Positions 39,196 through 48,751 of a DNA stretch of 64,000 nucleotides are shown here, piece by piece. Position 1 is the stretch's first letter. The number at the start of each line of letters is the position of its first letter. The stretch comes from Candidatus Eiseniibacteriota bacterium (GTDB lineage Bacteria > Eisenbacteria > RBG-16-71-46), in assembly GCA_005893225.1 (NCBI GenBank), contig VBOT01000053.1:3462-67461 (forward strand), given 5' to 3'. The notes below the pieces were generated by a model, which had not been told where the DNA came from, did not search any database, and saw only the letters and a program-made list of their open reading frames with translations. The translations under genes and the position numbers were made by a program.

Positions 39196-39924
39196 TCAAT
39201 GATCGTAGTTCAGAGGCGACGTGTCGATCGTGACCTTGTTGCGTGGATCCGGAACGTGGATCCGCACCTCCAGCACGTTGGGGTATCGGTTCGCCCCCTC
39301 GGCGAAGGTTCCCGCCGCATTGATCTCGTTGTGCACGATGTAGTCGCCCTCGGGCACCCCGGTGATGTCGATCCACTGCCCGCTCAGCTGCTTGAAGTAC
39401 CAGTCCCCCCATCCCGAGCTGATGCCCTGGCTGCGGCAGGTGTAGCCGTGGCTGTCGTTGTTGGAGTACTTGAGCAGGTCCTCGAGGCAGAAGGCCTGCT
39501 TGTGTCCTTGCGCGGCGATGCTCCGGTCGAGCTTGAGGAGTTGGTAGTTCGAGAAGCCGCGGATGTGGTAGTGCCGGTGGCACGGCGAGAACTCGAACCA
39601 CCGGGCGTAGGGGTTGCTGGGGTCGGTCGGATCGCCGACCACCAGGTCGCCGTCGCCCATGTTCATGACCACGGTGTCGAAGCGCAGCAGGCGCCGGTAG
39701 CCGGCGCCGCCCACCGAGCCCTCGACGAGCTCGCAGTCCCCCTGCTGGAACAGCCGGTCCACGATCTCCATCTGCGACTCGAATCGCTTGGGGTCGATCG
39801 TGAGGTCGGGTCGCCCGTGGTTGTTGTAGGCGGGGAAGTCACCGGAAACCGCGGTTCGCTGCGCCAGAGCCAGAGCCGGGAGCAGCGCGGCGATCGTGAC
39901 GGCAAGCACCAGTGTGCGTTTCAT
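39196..39924 (-). CDS. Secreted lysyl oxidase family protein
   Basis: LLRF, CHRHYH copper motif, GHKQAFCLED, QGISSGWGDWY and QWIDITGVPEGDY. Confidence 0.9.
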   Translation of the reverse strand: MKRTLVLAVTIAALLPALALAQRTAVSGDFPAYNNHGRPDLTIDPKRFESQMEIVDRLFQQGDCELVEGSVGGAGYRRLLRFDTVVMNMGDGDLVVGDPTDPSNPYARWFEFSPCHRHYHIRGFSNYQLLKLDRSIAAQGHKQAFCLEDLLKYSNNDSHGYTCRSQGISSGWGDWYFKQLSGQWIDITGVPEGDYIVHNEINAAGTFAEGANRYPNVLEVRIHVPDPRNKVTIDTSPLNYDH

Positions 39925-40274
39925 GGCTAACCCCCTGGGGTGGTGAGACGGGAAGCTGGACCGCGCCGTGGGCAGACTGTGCCCTCGACCCGCTCGCCGA
40001 CGGGGCTCCGGCCGGGCAGCGCGCTTCGAGCACCCGCCAAGCTTACACGAGACGCCGGGTTCACGAACGGCCCCGGCTGGGCTATGCTTGGGGGAGTCAA
40101 GATTCCCGTCGGCCAGCCGATGGGTTGTTCATAGCCGGCCTGTCCCGCGTGCCCCTCGGCTCCGGGCGCCTCGCTCTCCGCAGGTGGGCGCGGTCCAGCC
40201 GGATCGACACATCCGATTCGCTCGGCTCCCCAGCCGGCTGAAGGGGCGGGCTTCCGCCCCATAGAGGTCGTGAC

Positions 40275-41186
40275 ATGTCCGACGTGGTGCAGGTCTCTCT
40301 GCGCGGTTCCCGCAAGGAATTCTTCCTCAATTCACGCAACCTGTGGCTCACCCTCCACGATCCCGTCATCGTCCAGTCCGAGCACGGCGAGGCGATCGGC
40401 AAGGTGGCGCTCAAGGGTTACCTGGTGGAGCTCAAGCGTCCGGGGAACGTGACGCGCGAGATCATCCGCAAGGCGACCGAGGAGGACCTGGACCAGGAGG
40501 ACCACAACAGCGCCAGGGAAAAGGAAGCGTTCGAGCATTGCCTCGAGCGGATCGAGCTGCGTGAGCTCAAGATGGACCTGCGGGAGGTGGAGGTGGCCTT
40601 CAGCGGTCACCGGATCACCTTCTACTTCACCGCCGAGCACCGGGTCGACTTCCGCGAGCTGGTCAAGGACCTGGCGGCCCAGTTCCAGACCCGGATCGAG
40701 CTGCGCCAGATCGGCCAGCGCGACCAGGCCAAGCGGCTGGACGGCTGCGGCCCGTGCGGCCGGGCCTTCTGCTGCTCCACCTGGCTCAAGAGCTTCCATC
40801 CCGTCACCCTCAAGATGGCCCGCGAGCAGCAGCTCTCCCTGAACCCGACCAAGATCTCAGGGGCGTGCGGTCGTCTGATGTGCTGCCTGGCCTACGAGCT
40901 GGCCCAGTACCGGGACAGCGCCGAGAAGCTCCCGCCGATGGGCACCGAGCTGCGCACCGGCAAGGGCGTCTGCACGGTGACGCGCACCGAGCTCCACCAG
41001 GAGGCGGTGTGGGTGCGCGACGACGAGGGCGCCGAGCATCGCATCGCCTACGCCGACCTGCCGCCCGGTCCTTACCACAAGTGCGGCGACTGCACCTGCG
41101 GCAAGCGGCCCCGGGCAGCCGATGACGAGCCCCCGACCGACGGCGAGACGCCTCCGGAAGACTGGGCGGATCCGCCCGGACACTAG
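40275..41186 (+). CDS. ricT: PSP1/RicT (YaaT) family Fe-S protein
   Basis: FYFTAEHRVDFRELVKDLA, RIELRQIG.RD, GPCGR..CCS and ISGACGRLMCCL. Confidence 0.92.
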   Translation: MSDVVQVSLRGSRKEFFLNSRNLWLTLHDPVIVQSEHGEAIGKVALKGYLVELKRPGNVTREIIRKATEEDLDQEDHNSAREKEAFEHCLERIELRELKMDLREVEVAFSGHRITFYFTAEHRVDFRELVKDLAAQFQTRIELRQIGQRDQAKRLDGCGPCGRAFCCSTWLKSFHPVTLKMAREQQLSLNPTKISGACGRLMCCLAYELAQYRDSAEKLPPMGTELRTGKGVCTVTRTELHQEAVWVRDDEGAEHRIAYADLPPGPYHKCGDCTCGKRPRAADDEPPTDGETPPEDWADPPGH

Positions 41187-41350
41187 GGCTTCAGAAGAAG
41201 CGGGTTACGCGCCAGAAACAACCCGGCCTGAAGTCGATCTTGAAGTCCGAGCTTCTCGAGAATGTGCCTGACGTGCTTCTTGACCGTCGGTTCTCGGACC
41301 CCCAGCAAGGATGCGATCTCCTTGTTCGAACGGTCACGGCCGGGGACCAA
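41183..41350 (-). pseudogene. LuxR/NarL-type HTH remnant or mini-protein (55 aa)
   Basis: My translation: LVPGRDRSNKEIASLLGVREPTVKKHVRHILEKLGLQDRLQAGLFLARNPLLLKP*; only a TTG start is available. Confidence 0.7.
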
Positions 41351-41556
41351 AGAATTAGCGCTCGGGCGCTGCGCGTGAGATAGGCGGCCGTGGCGGCGGT
41401 CGCCAGCCGTGCTGTGTGCCGTCCGCCACCCGTTTCGACCTCCAGGCGCTGGTGCAGCCGCGCTTCGAGGCGACCGGTTCCTCTCGCCCCGCGAGCGAGG
41501 CGATTCCGAGCCGACAGTTCCTGGCCCGCCTCGACCATCGCGGCTAGAGTGTTCTC

Positions 41557-43893
41557 ATGGATCTCGCGGGGCGCTTGCTCGCCCAGTACCGTCTGGTCGA
41601 GAAGCTCGGCGAGGGAGGGATGGGCGCCGTCTTCCGCGCCGAGGACACCCGTCTGGGCCGGCAGGTGGCGCTGAAGCTCCTCTCCGCGCCCTCGCTGGCC
41701 GACCCGCGGGCGCGCGAGCGGCTGCTCGCCGAGGCCCGAGCGGTGGCGGCGCTCGAGCACCCGCACATCTGCCTGCTCTACGAATTCGGCGAGGCCGCCG
41801 GCCAGCCGTTCCTGGCCATGCAGCTCGTCGAGGGCGAGACGCTCCGGCAAGCGCTCCGCCAGGGACCCCTGAGCGAGGCGCGGACCCGCGCGATCGTCGC
41901 CGCCGTGGCCTCGGCGCTCGGGGCGGCTCACGGCCGCGGCCTCCTCCACCGCGACGTGAAGAGCGAGAACGTGCTGCTCGGCCGCGACGGCGGCATCAAG
42001 CTCTCGGACTTCGGGATCGCGCGGCACGCCGGCGGACAGAATCTGACCGCGGCCCACACCCTGGTGGGAAGCCCCGCCTACGCCGCGCCCGAGATCGTCG
42101 CCGGCGCCGAGCCGAGCGCCGCCTCCGACCAGTTCTCGCTCGCCGTCGTGGCCTACGAGTGCCTCACCGGGGCCCTGCCGTTCGCGGGCGAATCGCTGGC
42201 GGCGGTGCTCTACGCGATCACGAACCTGGAGCCCGAGTCCCCTTCGCGCCGGCGTCCGGGGCTGGATCGGGCGTGGGACGAGGCGCTGCGGCAGGCACTC
42301 GCCAAGGATCCGCAGCGCCGCTTCCCTTCCGTGAGCGAGTTCGCGAAGGCCCTGCCCGCCGAGCCGGCACCTCCCGCGAGCGCGAAGAAGCCGAAGACCG
42401 AACCGCCCTCCCTCGCGGTGCTCTACTTCGAGAACCTCTCGAACGACCCCGACAGCGAGTACTTCTGCGCCGGGATCACCGAGGACATCCTCACCGACCT
42501 CTCCAAGATCTCGGGGCTCCGCGTCGCCTCCCGCAACGCCGTCGCGCGCTTCAAGGGACAGGCGGTGGACATCCCGCGCGCCGCGGTCGAACTCGGAGTC
42601 GGGACGGTGCTCGAAGGGAGCGTGCGGCGCGCCGGCAACCGGGTGCGGATCTCGGCGCAGCTCATCAACGCGAGGGACGGGTTCCACGTCTGGGCCGAGC
42701 GCTACGATCGCACGCTCGACGACGTGTTCGCCGTGCAGGAGGACATCGCGCGCGCGATCGCCGCCGCCCTGCGCGGAGCGCTGACGCCGCAGGAGGCGGC
42801 CGAGCTCCACCGCGACCGGCCCGCGGCGGCGACCGCCTACGACCTCTACCTCAAGGGCCGGGGTCACTACCGGCAGTACACGCACGAGGAGAACCTGCGG
42901 GCGCTGGAGTGCTTCGACCAGGCGGTGGCGCTGGACCCGACCTACGCGCTCGCCTGGGCGGGGATCGCGGATGCCTGCGGTCAGATGCACGACAAGGCCT
43001 ACGACATGGACCCCCAGTGGATCGAGCGGGGGGCCGCGGCTGCCCGGCGCGCCATCGAGCTCGGGCCACGAATCCCGGAAGGCCACAAGGCGCACGCGCT
43101 CATCGAGGTGGTGCGGGGGAATCGCGAGGAAGCCATGCGCGCACTGCGCCAGGCGCTCGCCGTGGACCCGCGCTTCACGCCCGCGCTCAGCAATCTGGGG
43201 CTCTCTCTCGAGCTCGAGGGAGACCTCGCCGGAGCCGAGCGTTGCATCCGCCGGGCCATCGAGCTGGACCCGGCAGACGCGTACCTGGGATTCATGCTGG
43301 CAGTGACCCTGAGCGAGTCCCGTCGATTCGAGGAATGCATCCAAGAGACCCACCGGTTCCAGAGTCTCGGGACCGGGTCTTTCCATCAAACCGCGGCTCA
43401 CTGGGAGCGCGTGCACGCCCTGGCCTGCCTGGGCGACCTCGATGCTGCCCGACGCGAGCTCGAGGAGGCGAGGAAGGCGGGGCTCGGCGCCTTGGATTGC
43501 GAAGCGATCGAGACGTTCCTGGTCGCTGTCGCGGGCGAGGCAGGGCGTACCCGAGACGGGGTCAGACGCCTGAGCGGGAGGATCGGCGGCTTCATCGGGC
43601 CGTGGTTCCTGGTCGCCGCCGCCGCTGCGGTCGGCGATGCCGCCGGCGCCGTTCGCCTGCTCGCCGGAGCGGAGGAGGCCGGCATCGAGTGGGCGAGGAT
43701 ACACGCCGTCCTGCGCGTTCGCCCGTGGGTCGAGAGGATCCACGACAGCGCCGAGTTCCGCGCCTGGATCGGCGAGCGGGGGCAAAGGATCGTCTGGCCG
43801 CTCGAGGCCCCGCCCCTCACCGCAGAGCAGCGCGCGCGATTCACCGACTACAGCGAGGCCAGCGGGCTGCCTCAAGGGGACGGGATTCCGTGA
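41557..43893 (+). CDS. Ser/Thr protein kinase with TolB-N-like domain and TPRs
   Basis: LGEGGMGAV, VALK, HRDVKSEN, DFG, APE; LAVLYFENLS; TPR repeats. Confidence 0.93.
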   Translation: MDLAGRLLAQYRLVEKLGEGGMGAVFRAEDTRLGRQVALKLLSAPSLADPRARERLLAEARAVAALEHPHICLLYEFGEAAGQPFLAMQLVEGETLRQALRQGPLSEARTRAIVAAVASALGAAHGRGLLHRDVKSENVLLGRDGGIKLSDFGIARHAGGQNLTAAHTLVGSPAYAAPEIVAGAEPSAASDQFSLAVVAYECLTGALPFAGESLAAVLYAITNLEPESPSRRRPGLDRAWDEALRQALAKDPQRRFPSVSEFAKALPAEPAPPASAKKPKTEPPSLAVLYFENLSNDPDSEYFCAGITEDILTDLSKISGLRVASRNAVARFKGQAVDIPRAAVELGVGTVLEGSVRRAGNRVRISAQLINARDGFHVWAERYDRTLDDVFAVQEDIARAIAAALRGALTPQEAAELHRDRPAAATAYDLYLKGRGHYRQYTHEENLRALECFDQAVALDPTYALAWAGIADACGQMHDKAYDMDPQWIERGAAAARRAIELGPRIPEGHKAHALIEVVRGNREEAMRALRQALAVDPRFTPALSNLGLSLELEGDLAGAERCIRRAIELDPADAYLGFMLAVTLSESRRFEECIQETHRFQSLGTGSFHQTAAHWERVHALACLGDLDAARRELEEARKAGLGALDCEAIETFLVAVAGEAGRTRDGVRRLSGRIGGFIGPWFLVAAAAAVGDAAGAVRLLAGAEEAGIEWARIHAVLRVRPWVERIHDSAEFRAWIGERGQRIVWPLEAPPLTAEQRARFTDYSEASGLPQGDGIP

Positions 43894-43932
43894 TGCCGGG
43901 GCCGGCCTCGAGAAACCGGTGAGGCGCCGTCC

Positions 43933-44163
43933 CTGACCGCGCCGAGGCGCGTCTCGTCCGGCTCGCCCTACGAGCCTCGCATCGGCTTCAGCCGCGCGGT
44001 TCGCGTCGGAAGCCGTGTGCTGGTGAGCGGCACCGCCCCGGTGTGGCCCAACGGCTCGTGCGACCCCGACCCCGAAGTCCAGGCGCAACGCTGCCTGGAG
44101 ATCATCCTCGGGGCCCTGCGCGAGGCCGGCGCCGGCCCCGAGCACGTGGCGGTGGTGGAGTAG
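43933..44163 (+). pseudogene. RidA/YjgF-family protein with an internal deletion
   Basis: SSGSPYEPRIGFSRAVRVG..VLVSGTAP...QAQRCLEII.GAL.EAGAG.EHV is joined directly to AVVE*; CTG start after GAGG. Confidence 0.75.
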
Positions 44164-44251
44164 GCCCGCCAGCGAATCAGGACGGAGTTACCCGTGTCCG
44201 AGGACGCCGGTCGGTCACTGCCGGTTCGAATCGGGTGCCGCCCCAACTCCC

Positions 44252-45469
44252 TCAGAAGCCGTAAACCGCGCTGACCAGCACGGTCGTCTGGCTATCGCTC
44301 CGCCCGCCCTCTTTCTCGAACACGCTGTGGGTCGAGTGATCCACGCGGAGATCGCCGCGAACCAGCAGGCTCGAACTCAAGCGGACCTCCGGAGTCAGCG
44401 TGATCTCGTTCACGCTTTGACTGACGCCGGTGCGCGCTCCGTCGCTGTCATCGAACGTCTCGCCACGCACCGACAACGCGAACGCCCCAAACGGGCCGAA
44501 GCGCGCGTATCCGGCGATCCCGCTCCAGGTCGCGTCCTCACCGAGCTGGGCGGCGTTCTGCTCCGTTCCCCAGTCGCCGTTCGCGCCGAGCGCTAGCTGC
44601 GGTGAAGCCCTCCAAATCGCCACGAAATCCAGCAGCGAACGCCCGTCAGAGCCGTTGTCGACGCGCTCGGGGCCCGTCATGGCGTTGAGGTAGACCGTCA
44701 CCGGCGGGACGGGGGTGAACACGAGCTGGGCACCCACCGACTTGGCCCGGTTGTTGTCCCGTGCGTTGTCCCAGCCGTTGACGAGTAGGAGCGTGGCGGC
44801 GACGTGGGGCGACACCGCGTAGGATGCTCGCACCCCGGTGTGGGTGAACGGGATCGCGAAGCCGAACAGGATCGAGCGCGTGGCGTTGTCGTTCCAGCCG
44901 TCATAGCCGTCGATCACTTCGTAGCCAAAGTGCGTGACAAACTTGCCGGCGTCAATCCTGAGCCCTGAGCCGAGCGGCGCGACGTAGCTCATGTAGGCCT
45001 GCTGGAGATCGAGGTCCTCCGCCGTTCCGGCCGCGTCGCGAAACAGCCCGGCGGCCGCACTGACTCGTGGAATCGAGCTGCCGAGCGCCACGTCGGCCCG
45101 GAAGCCCGTTTCCCGCGGATTCGACGCCGACTTCTGAGCCACCAGCTCGAAGACGTCGATCTTGAAGGAGTTGTCGTCGAAGTCGAACACGCGAAGGGTA
45201 TTCGTCCGTGAATCGGGTCGGTTGAAATTGTACGAGTAGCTCGTCGACATGAAACCGTTGACCTGGATCGCCTGGTACCAGGGCGTGGGAGGCACGATCT
45301 CGGCCGCCATCGCGCTGCTGGGCAGGGAGAGCCCCACTCCGCCAACCAGCCACACGACGATGTGAGCGACGCGGGGAGAGGCGGCCCGTCTTGGGCCAGA
45401 GGTTCGCTCGGCCCCGGCGGCCGATCGCGGGTCGGCGTCGTGTCGCACGCCGAGTGAGGGCGGGGCCAT
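44252..45469 (-). CDS. Outer-membrane beta-barrel porin (BBP2/DUF1597-like)
   Basis: SYSYNFNRP, LQQAY, AGKFVTHFGYEVI, PFTHTG, NGWD; C-terminal Phe (VYGF). Confidence 0.85.
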   Translation of the reverse strand: MAPPSLGVRHDADPRSAAGAERTSGPRRAASPRVAHIVVWLVGGVGLSLPSSAMAAEIVPPTPWYQAIQVNGFMSTSYSYNFNRPDSRTNTLRVFDFDDNSFKIDVFELVAQKSASNPRETGFRADVALGSSIPRVSAAAGLFRDAAGTAEDLDLQQAYMSYVAPLGSGLRIDAGKFVTHFGYEVIDGYDGWNDNATRSILFGFAIPFTHTGVRASYAVSPHVAATLLLVNGWDNARDNNRAKSVGAQLVFTPVPPVTVYLNAMTGPERVDNGSDGRSLLDFVAIWRASPQLALGANGDWGTEQNAAQLGEDATWSGIAGYARFGPFGAFALSVRGETFDDSDGARTGVSQSVNEITLTPEVRLSSSLLVRGDLRVDHSTHSVFEKEGGRSDSQTTVLVSAVYGF

Positions 45470-45471
45470 GT

Positions 45472-46698
45472 TCACGCCACTTCGATGTCGATGTACGCCG
45501 CCTCGCCGTGCAGCGCCTCGTCGAGACCGACCTGCTCGTGCGATTCCGTGACACGCACCGGCGTGAATCGGTCGATCAGCCACAACATGACGAGAGTGAA
45601 GATGAACGCCCAGGCCGACGAGAGCAGCACCGCCGCGCACTGTTTGTAGAAGAACGACGCGTTCCCGGCGAGCAAGCCATCGGCGCCAGCGGGGTTGAAC
45701 GCCTTCGTCGCGAGGACACCGAGCATCACGATGCCGAGGAATCCACCCACGCCGTGCACGCCCCACACGTCGAGCGCGTCGTCCCAGTTGAGCCGGTTCT
45801 TGAGCGCCACGGCCAGGTAGCACACCAGGCCCGAAACGATGCCGATCACGACCGCGCTGGTCGGCGACACGAAGCCGGCCGCCGGCGTCACGGTGGCGAG
45901 CCCGGCCACGGCGCCGGTCAGAAGGCCGAGGAACTTGGGCTTCCGCGTGGTTATCCAGTCGACGGCCATCCACGTCACGGCGGCGAACGAGGCGGCGAGA
46001 TCGGTGTTGATGAAGGCGGTGGCGGTCGTGGAGTCGACGCGGAACTCGCTGCCCGCATTGAAGCCGTACCAGCCGAACCACAACAGCCCGGTGCCGAGCG
46101 CCACCAGCGGAATGCTGTGCGGCCCCTTGTCCTTGAAACGGCGTGGTCCGACGTAGAGCACGGCCGCGAGCGCCGCGATCCCGGCGATGTTGTGCACCAC
46201 GATGCCGCCCGCGAAATCGAGCACGCCCCACTTCTGGAGCACTCCGCCTCCCCAGATCATGTGCACGAAGGGGAAGTAGACCAGCACCAGCCACAGAGTC
46301 AGGAAGATCAGGTAGGCCTTGAACGTAACCCGGTTGGCGAACGCCCCGGTGATGAGCGCCGGGGTGATGATGGCGAACATCATCTGGTAGGCCATGAAGA
46401 CGATGAGCGGGATGGTGTCGTTCGGTGACGGTGTGGTCAGCGTGATATTGCGCATGAACGCCATATCGAGGTTGCCGATCACGCCACCTTCGCCCCCGGA
46501 GAAGCAGAGCGAGTAGCCGAACGCGTACCAGATCACGGTGGTCCAGCCCATCGAGACGAAGCTCTGCATCATGATGGCCAGCACGTTCCGGCGTCCGACC
46601 AGACCGCCGTAGAAGAACGCCAGCCCGGGGGTCATGAGCATGACCAGGCTGCAGCAGAGCAGCATGAATCCGGTGTTGCCCGTATCGAGGTGGAGCAT
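45472..46698 (-). CDS. amtB: Ammonium transporter
   Basis: LMTPGLAFFYGG, QMMFAIITPAL, DFAGGIVVH, LWFGWYGFNAGS, DDALDVWGVHG, GLD..LHGE; RBS GGAGGAG. Confidence 0.96.
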   Translation of the reverse strand: MLHLDTGNTGFMLLCCSLVMLMTPGLAFFYGGLVGRRNVLAIMMQSFVSMGWTTVIWYAFGYSLCFSGGEGGVIGNLDMAFMRNITLTTPSPNDTIPLIVFMAYQMMFAIITPALITGAFANRVTFKAYLIFLTLWLVLVYFPFVHMIWGGGVLQKWGVLDFAGGIVVHNIAGIAALAAVLYVGPRRFKDKGPHSIPLVALGTGLLWFGWYGFNAGSEFRVDSTTATAFINTDLAASFAAVTWMAVDWITTRKPKFLGLLTGAVAGLATVTPAAGFVSPTSAVVIGIVSGLVCYLAVALKNRLNWDDALDVWGVHGVGGFLGIVMLGVLATKAFNPAGADGLLAGNASFFYKQCAAVLLSSAWAFIFTLVMLWLIDRFTPVRVTESHEQVGLDEALHGEAAYIDIEVA

Positions 46699-46953
46699 CG
46701 CGACTCCTCCGTGCGTGCGCTTCACGGCTGTGCGCCGGGGATGCGGCCAGGCGCCCAACGGCCGGCAGCCCCGCCCGGTTGGGATTACCCCGATGAACGC
46801 GGGCGGATTCGTGATCCGGTGGGCGAATCGGCTGGCAGGATAGGCCGTCGGCCTCGGGAGTTCTAGTCGCGTGGCGAGGAGGCATTCCGCGCCACAAAGG
46901 CTCGCCCCCGTCGCCATCCGCCCCCTCATTCGCGCCCCACTTGCGCGACTCGC

Positions 46954-46959
46954 TATAAT
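46954..46959 (+). promoter_or_regulatory. -10 box of metG
   Basis: TATAAT ending 24 nt upstream of the GTG start. Confidence 0.5.
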
Positions 46960-46983
46960 CCCCGCCTCAACCCCGGAGACTGC

Positions 46984-48705
46984 GTGCCCAGGTTCTACAT
47001 CACCACCGCCATCGATTACGTCAACGGCCGCCCCCATATCGGCCATGCTTACGAGAAGATCCTGGCCGACGCCTTGGCACGCTTCCACCGCCAGCGCGGC
47101 GACGCCACGTACTTCCTGACCGGTACCGACGAGCACGGGCAGAAGATCGCGAAGACGGCGGCGGCGGCCGGTAAGCCTCCCAAGGCCTTCGTCGACGAGT
47201 ACGCGGCCCACTTCAAGACGGCCTGGAAGGCGCTCGACGTCTCGTACGACAAGTTCATCCGCACTACCGACCAGCGCCACGAGCTGGCGGTCCAGGAGCT
47301 GTTCCGGCGGCTCAACGACGCGCGCAGCCCCAAGACCGGCGAGCCGGTGCTCTTCGAGGAGGGTTACGAGGGCCTCTACTGCGAGGGCTGCGAGGCGTTC
47401 AAGCAGGAGAAGGATCTGGACGCGAAGGGCCTGTGCCCGGAGCACCGCACGCCGCCCAAGCGGATCAAGGAGACCAACTTCTTCTTCCGCCTCTCCGAGT
47501 ACGACGAGGCGCTGCTCAAGCACATCGAGAACCACCCCGAATTCATCGAGCCCGACTACCGGCGCAACGAGGTGCTGAACGTCATCCGCGAAGGCCTGCA
47601 GGACGTGAGCGTCACGCGCCCCAGCGTCCCGTGGGGGGTGCCCCTACCGGAAGAAATCCCGGGCGCCGAGGGCCACACCGTGTACGTCTGGGCCGACGCC
47701 CTGCTCAACTACCTATCCGCCATCGGCTGGCCGGAGCGGCGCTATTCGCTGTGGTGGCTCGCCAAGGAAAGCGACGTCGGAGGCCCGGGGGCGGCTCGCC
47801 AGGACGAGTTCCAGCACCTGGACGGTCAGGGCCGGCCGGGGGCGGCATGGGCCGGCACCACCCAGCCGCAGTACACCAACGCCTTCCACCTGATCGGCAA
47901 GGACATCAGCCGCTTCCACTGCGTGCTCTGGCCGGCGCTGCTGCTCGCCGCCGGCGTGCCGCTGCCGCGGCAGGTCTACGTGCACGGCTTCATCAACGTG
48001 CGCGGCGAGAAGCTGTCCAAGTCGGTCGGCAACCAGGTCGATCCGGTCGAGATGGCGCGCCAGTTCGGGGCCGACGCTCTGCGCTTCTACCTGCTCGACG
48101 CCGTCCCGACCGGGCGCGACGGGGAGTTCACGTTCGAGCACTTCGTCGAGCACTGCAACACCCATCTCGCGAACGACCTCGGGAACCTGGCGAGCCGCTC
48201 GGTGGCGATGGTGCACAAGTACTTCGACGGCGTGGCCCCGGCCGAGTGGGCTCCCGAGTCGCTGCAGGATCCGGAGGCTCGCGATGCCCTCCAGACGCTG
48301 ATCGCGGCGGCGAGCGAGGCGAGCTTCCAGGTGTCGAAGGCGTTCCAGGAGGTGCGGGTCGACGAGGCGCTGCACGAGGCGTGGCAGCCGGTGGTGCGCG
48401 CGAACGAGTTGATCGAGCGCGTGAAGCCCTGGGCTCTGGCCAAGGATCCGGACCGCCGGACTGAGCTCGGGACCGCGCTCCACGCGCTGCTCGAGACGCT
48501 GAGGCTGGTAGCAGTGTGGGCGTGGCCGGCGCTCCCGGGCAAGAGCGAGGAGCTGTGGGCGCTCCTCGCCCTCCCGGGCAAGCCGGGGGAGACCCATCAG
48601 GAGGCGGCGACGCCGCGCTTCGGCGACGCCTCGCTCGCGGGCCGGAAGCTCGGCGAAGTGAAGAGCCTGTTCCCGCGCATCGAGCTCGAGCCCAAGACCT
48701 CATGA
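46984..48705 (+). CDS. metG: Methionine-tRNA ligase (short form)
   Basis: FYITTAIDYVN..PHIGH, GTDEHGQKI, GKDISRFH, KLSKS and LANDLGNL. Confidence 0.97.
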   Translation: MPRFYITTAIDYVNGRPHIGHAYEKILADALARFHRQRGDATYFLTGTDEHGQKIAKTAAAAGKPPKAFVDEYAAHFKTAWKALDVSYDKFIRTTDQRHELAVQELFRRLNDARSPKTGEPVLFEEGYEGLYCEGCEAFKQEKDLDAKGLCPEHRTPPKRIKETNFFFRLSEYDEALLKHIENHPEFIEPDYRRNEVLNVIREGLQDVSVTRPSVPWGVPLPEEIPGAEGHTVYVWADALLNYLSAIGWPERRYSLWWLAKESDVGGPGAARQDEFQHLDGQGRPGAAWAGTTQPQYTNAFHLIGKDISRFHCVLWPALLLAAGVPLPRQVYVHGFINVRGEKLSKSVGNQVDPVEMARQFGADALRFYLLDAVPTGRDGEFTFEHFVEHCNTHLANDLGNLASRSVAMVHKYFDGVAPAEWAPESLQDPEARDALQTLIAAASEASFQVSKAFQEVRVDEALHEAWQPVVRANELIERVKPWALAKDPDRRTELGTALHALLETLRLVAVWAWPALPGKSEELWALLALPGKPGETHQEAATPRFGDASLAGRKLGEVKSLFPRIELEPKTS

Positions 48706-48751
48706 CCCGCCGCCGCGGGCGGAGGCGGGACAGGGGTGCGAGCGAGCGGCC

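Noticed and set aside
43891..43935. Kinase TGA in frame with the RidA fragment (possible selenocysteine or read-through fusion)
   Set aside because: The kinase C-terminus looks complete, the linker is unremarkable, and RidA has its own RBS and CTG start
46880..46900. Sigma54 promoter for amt (TGGCGCGGAATGC)
   Set aside because: GG-to-GC spacing is 8, not the required 10
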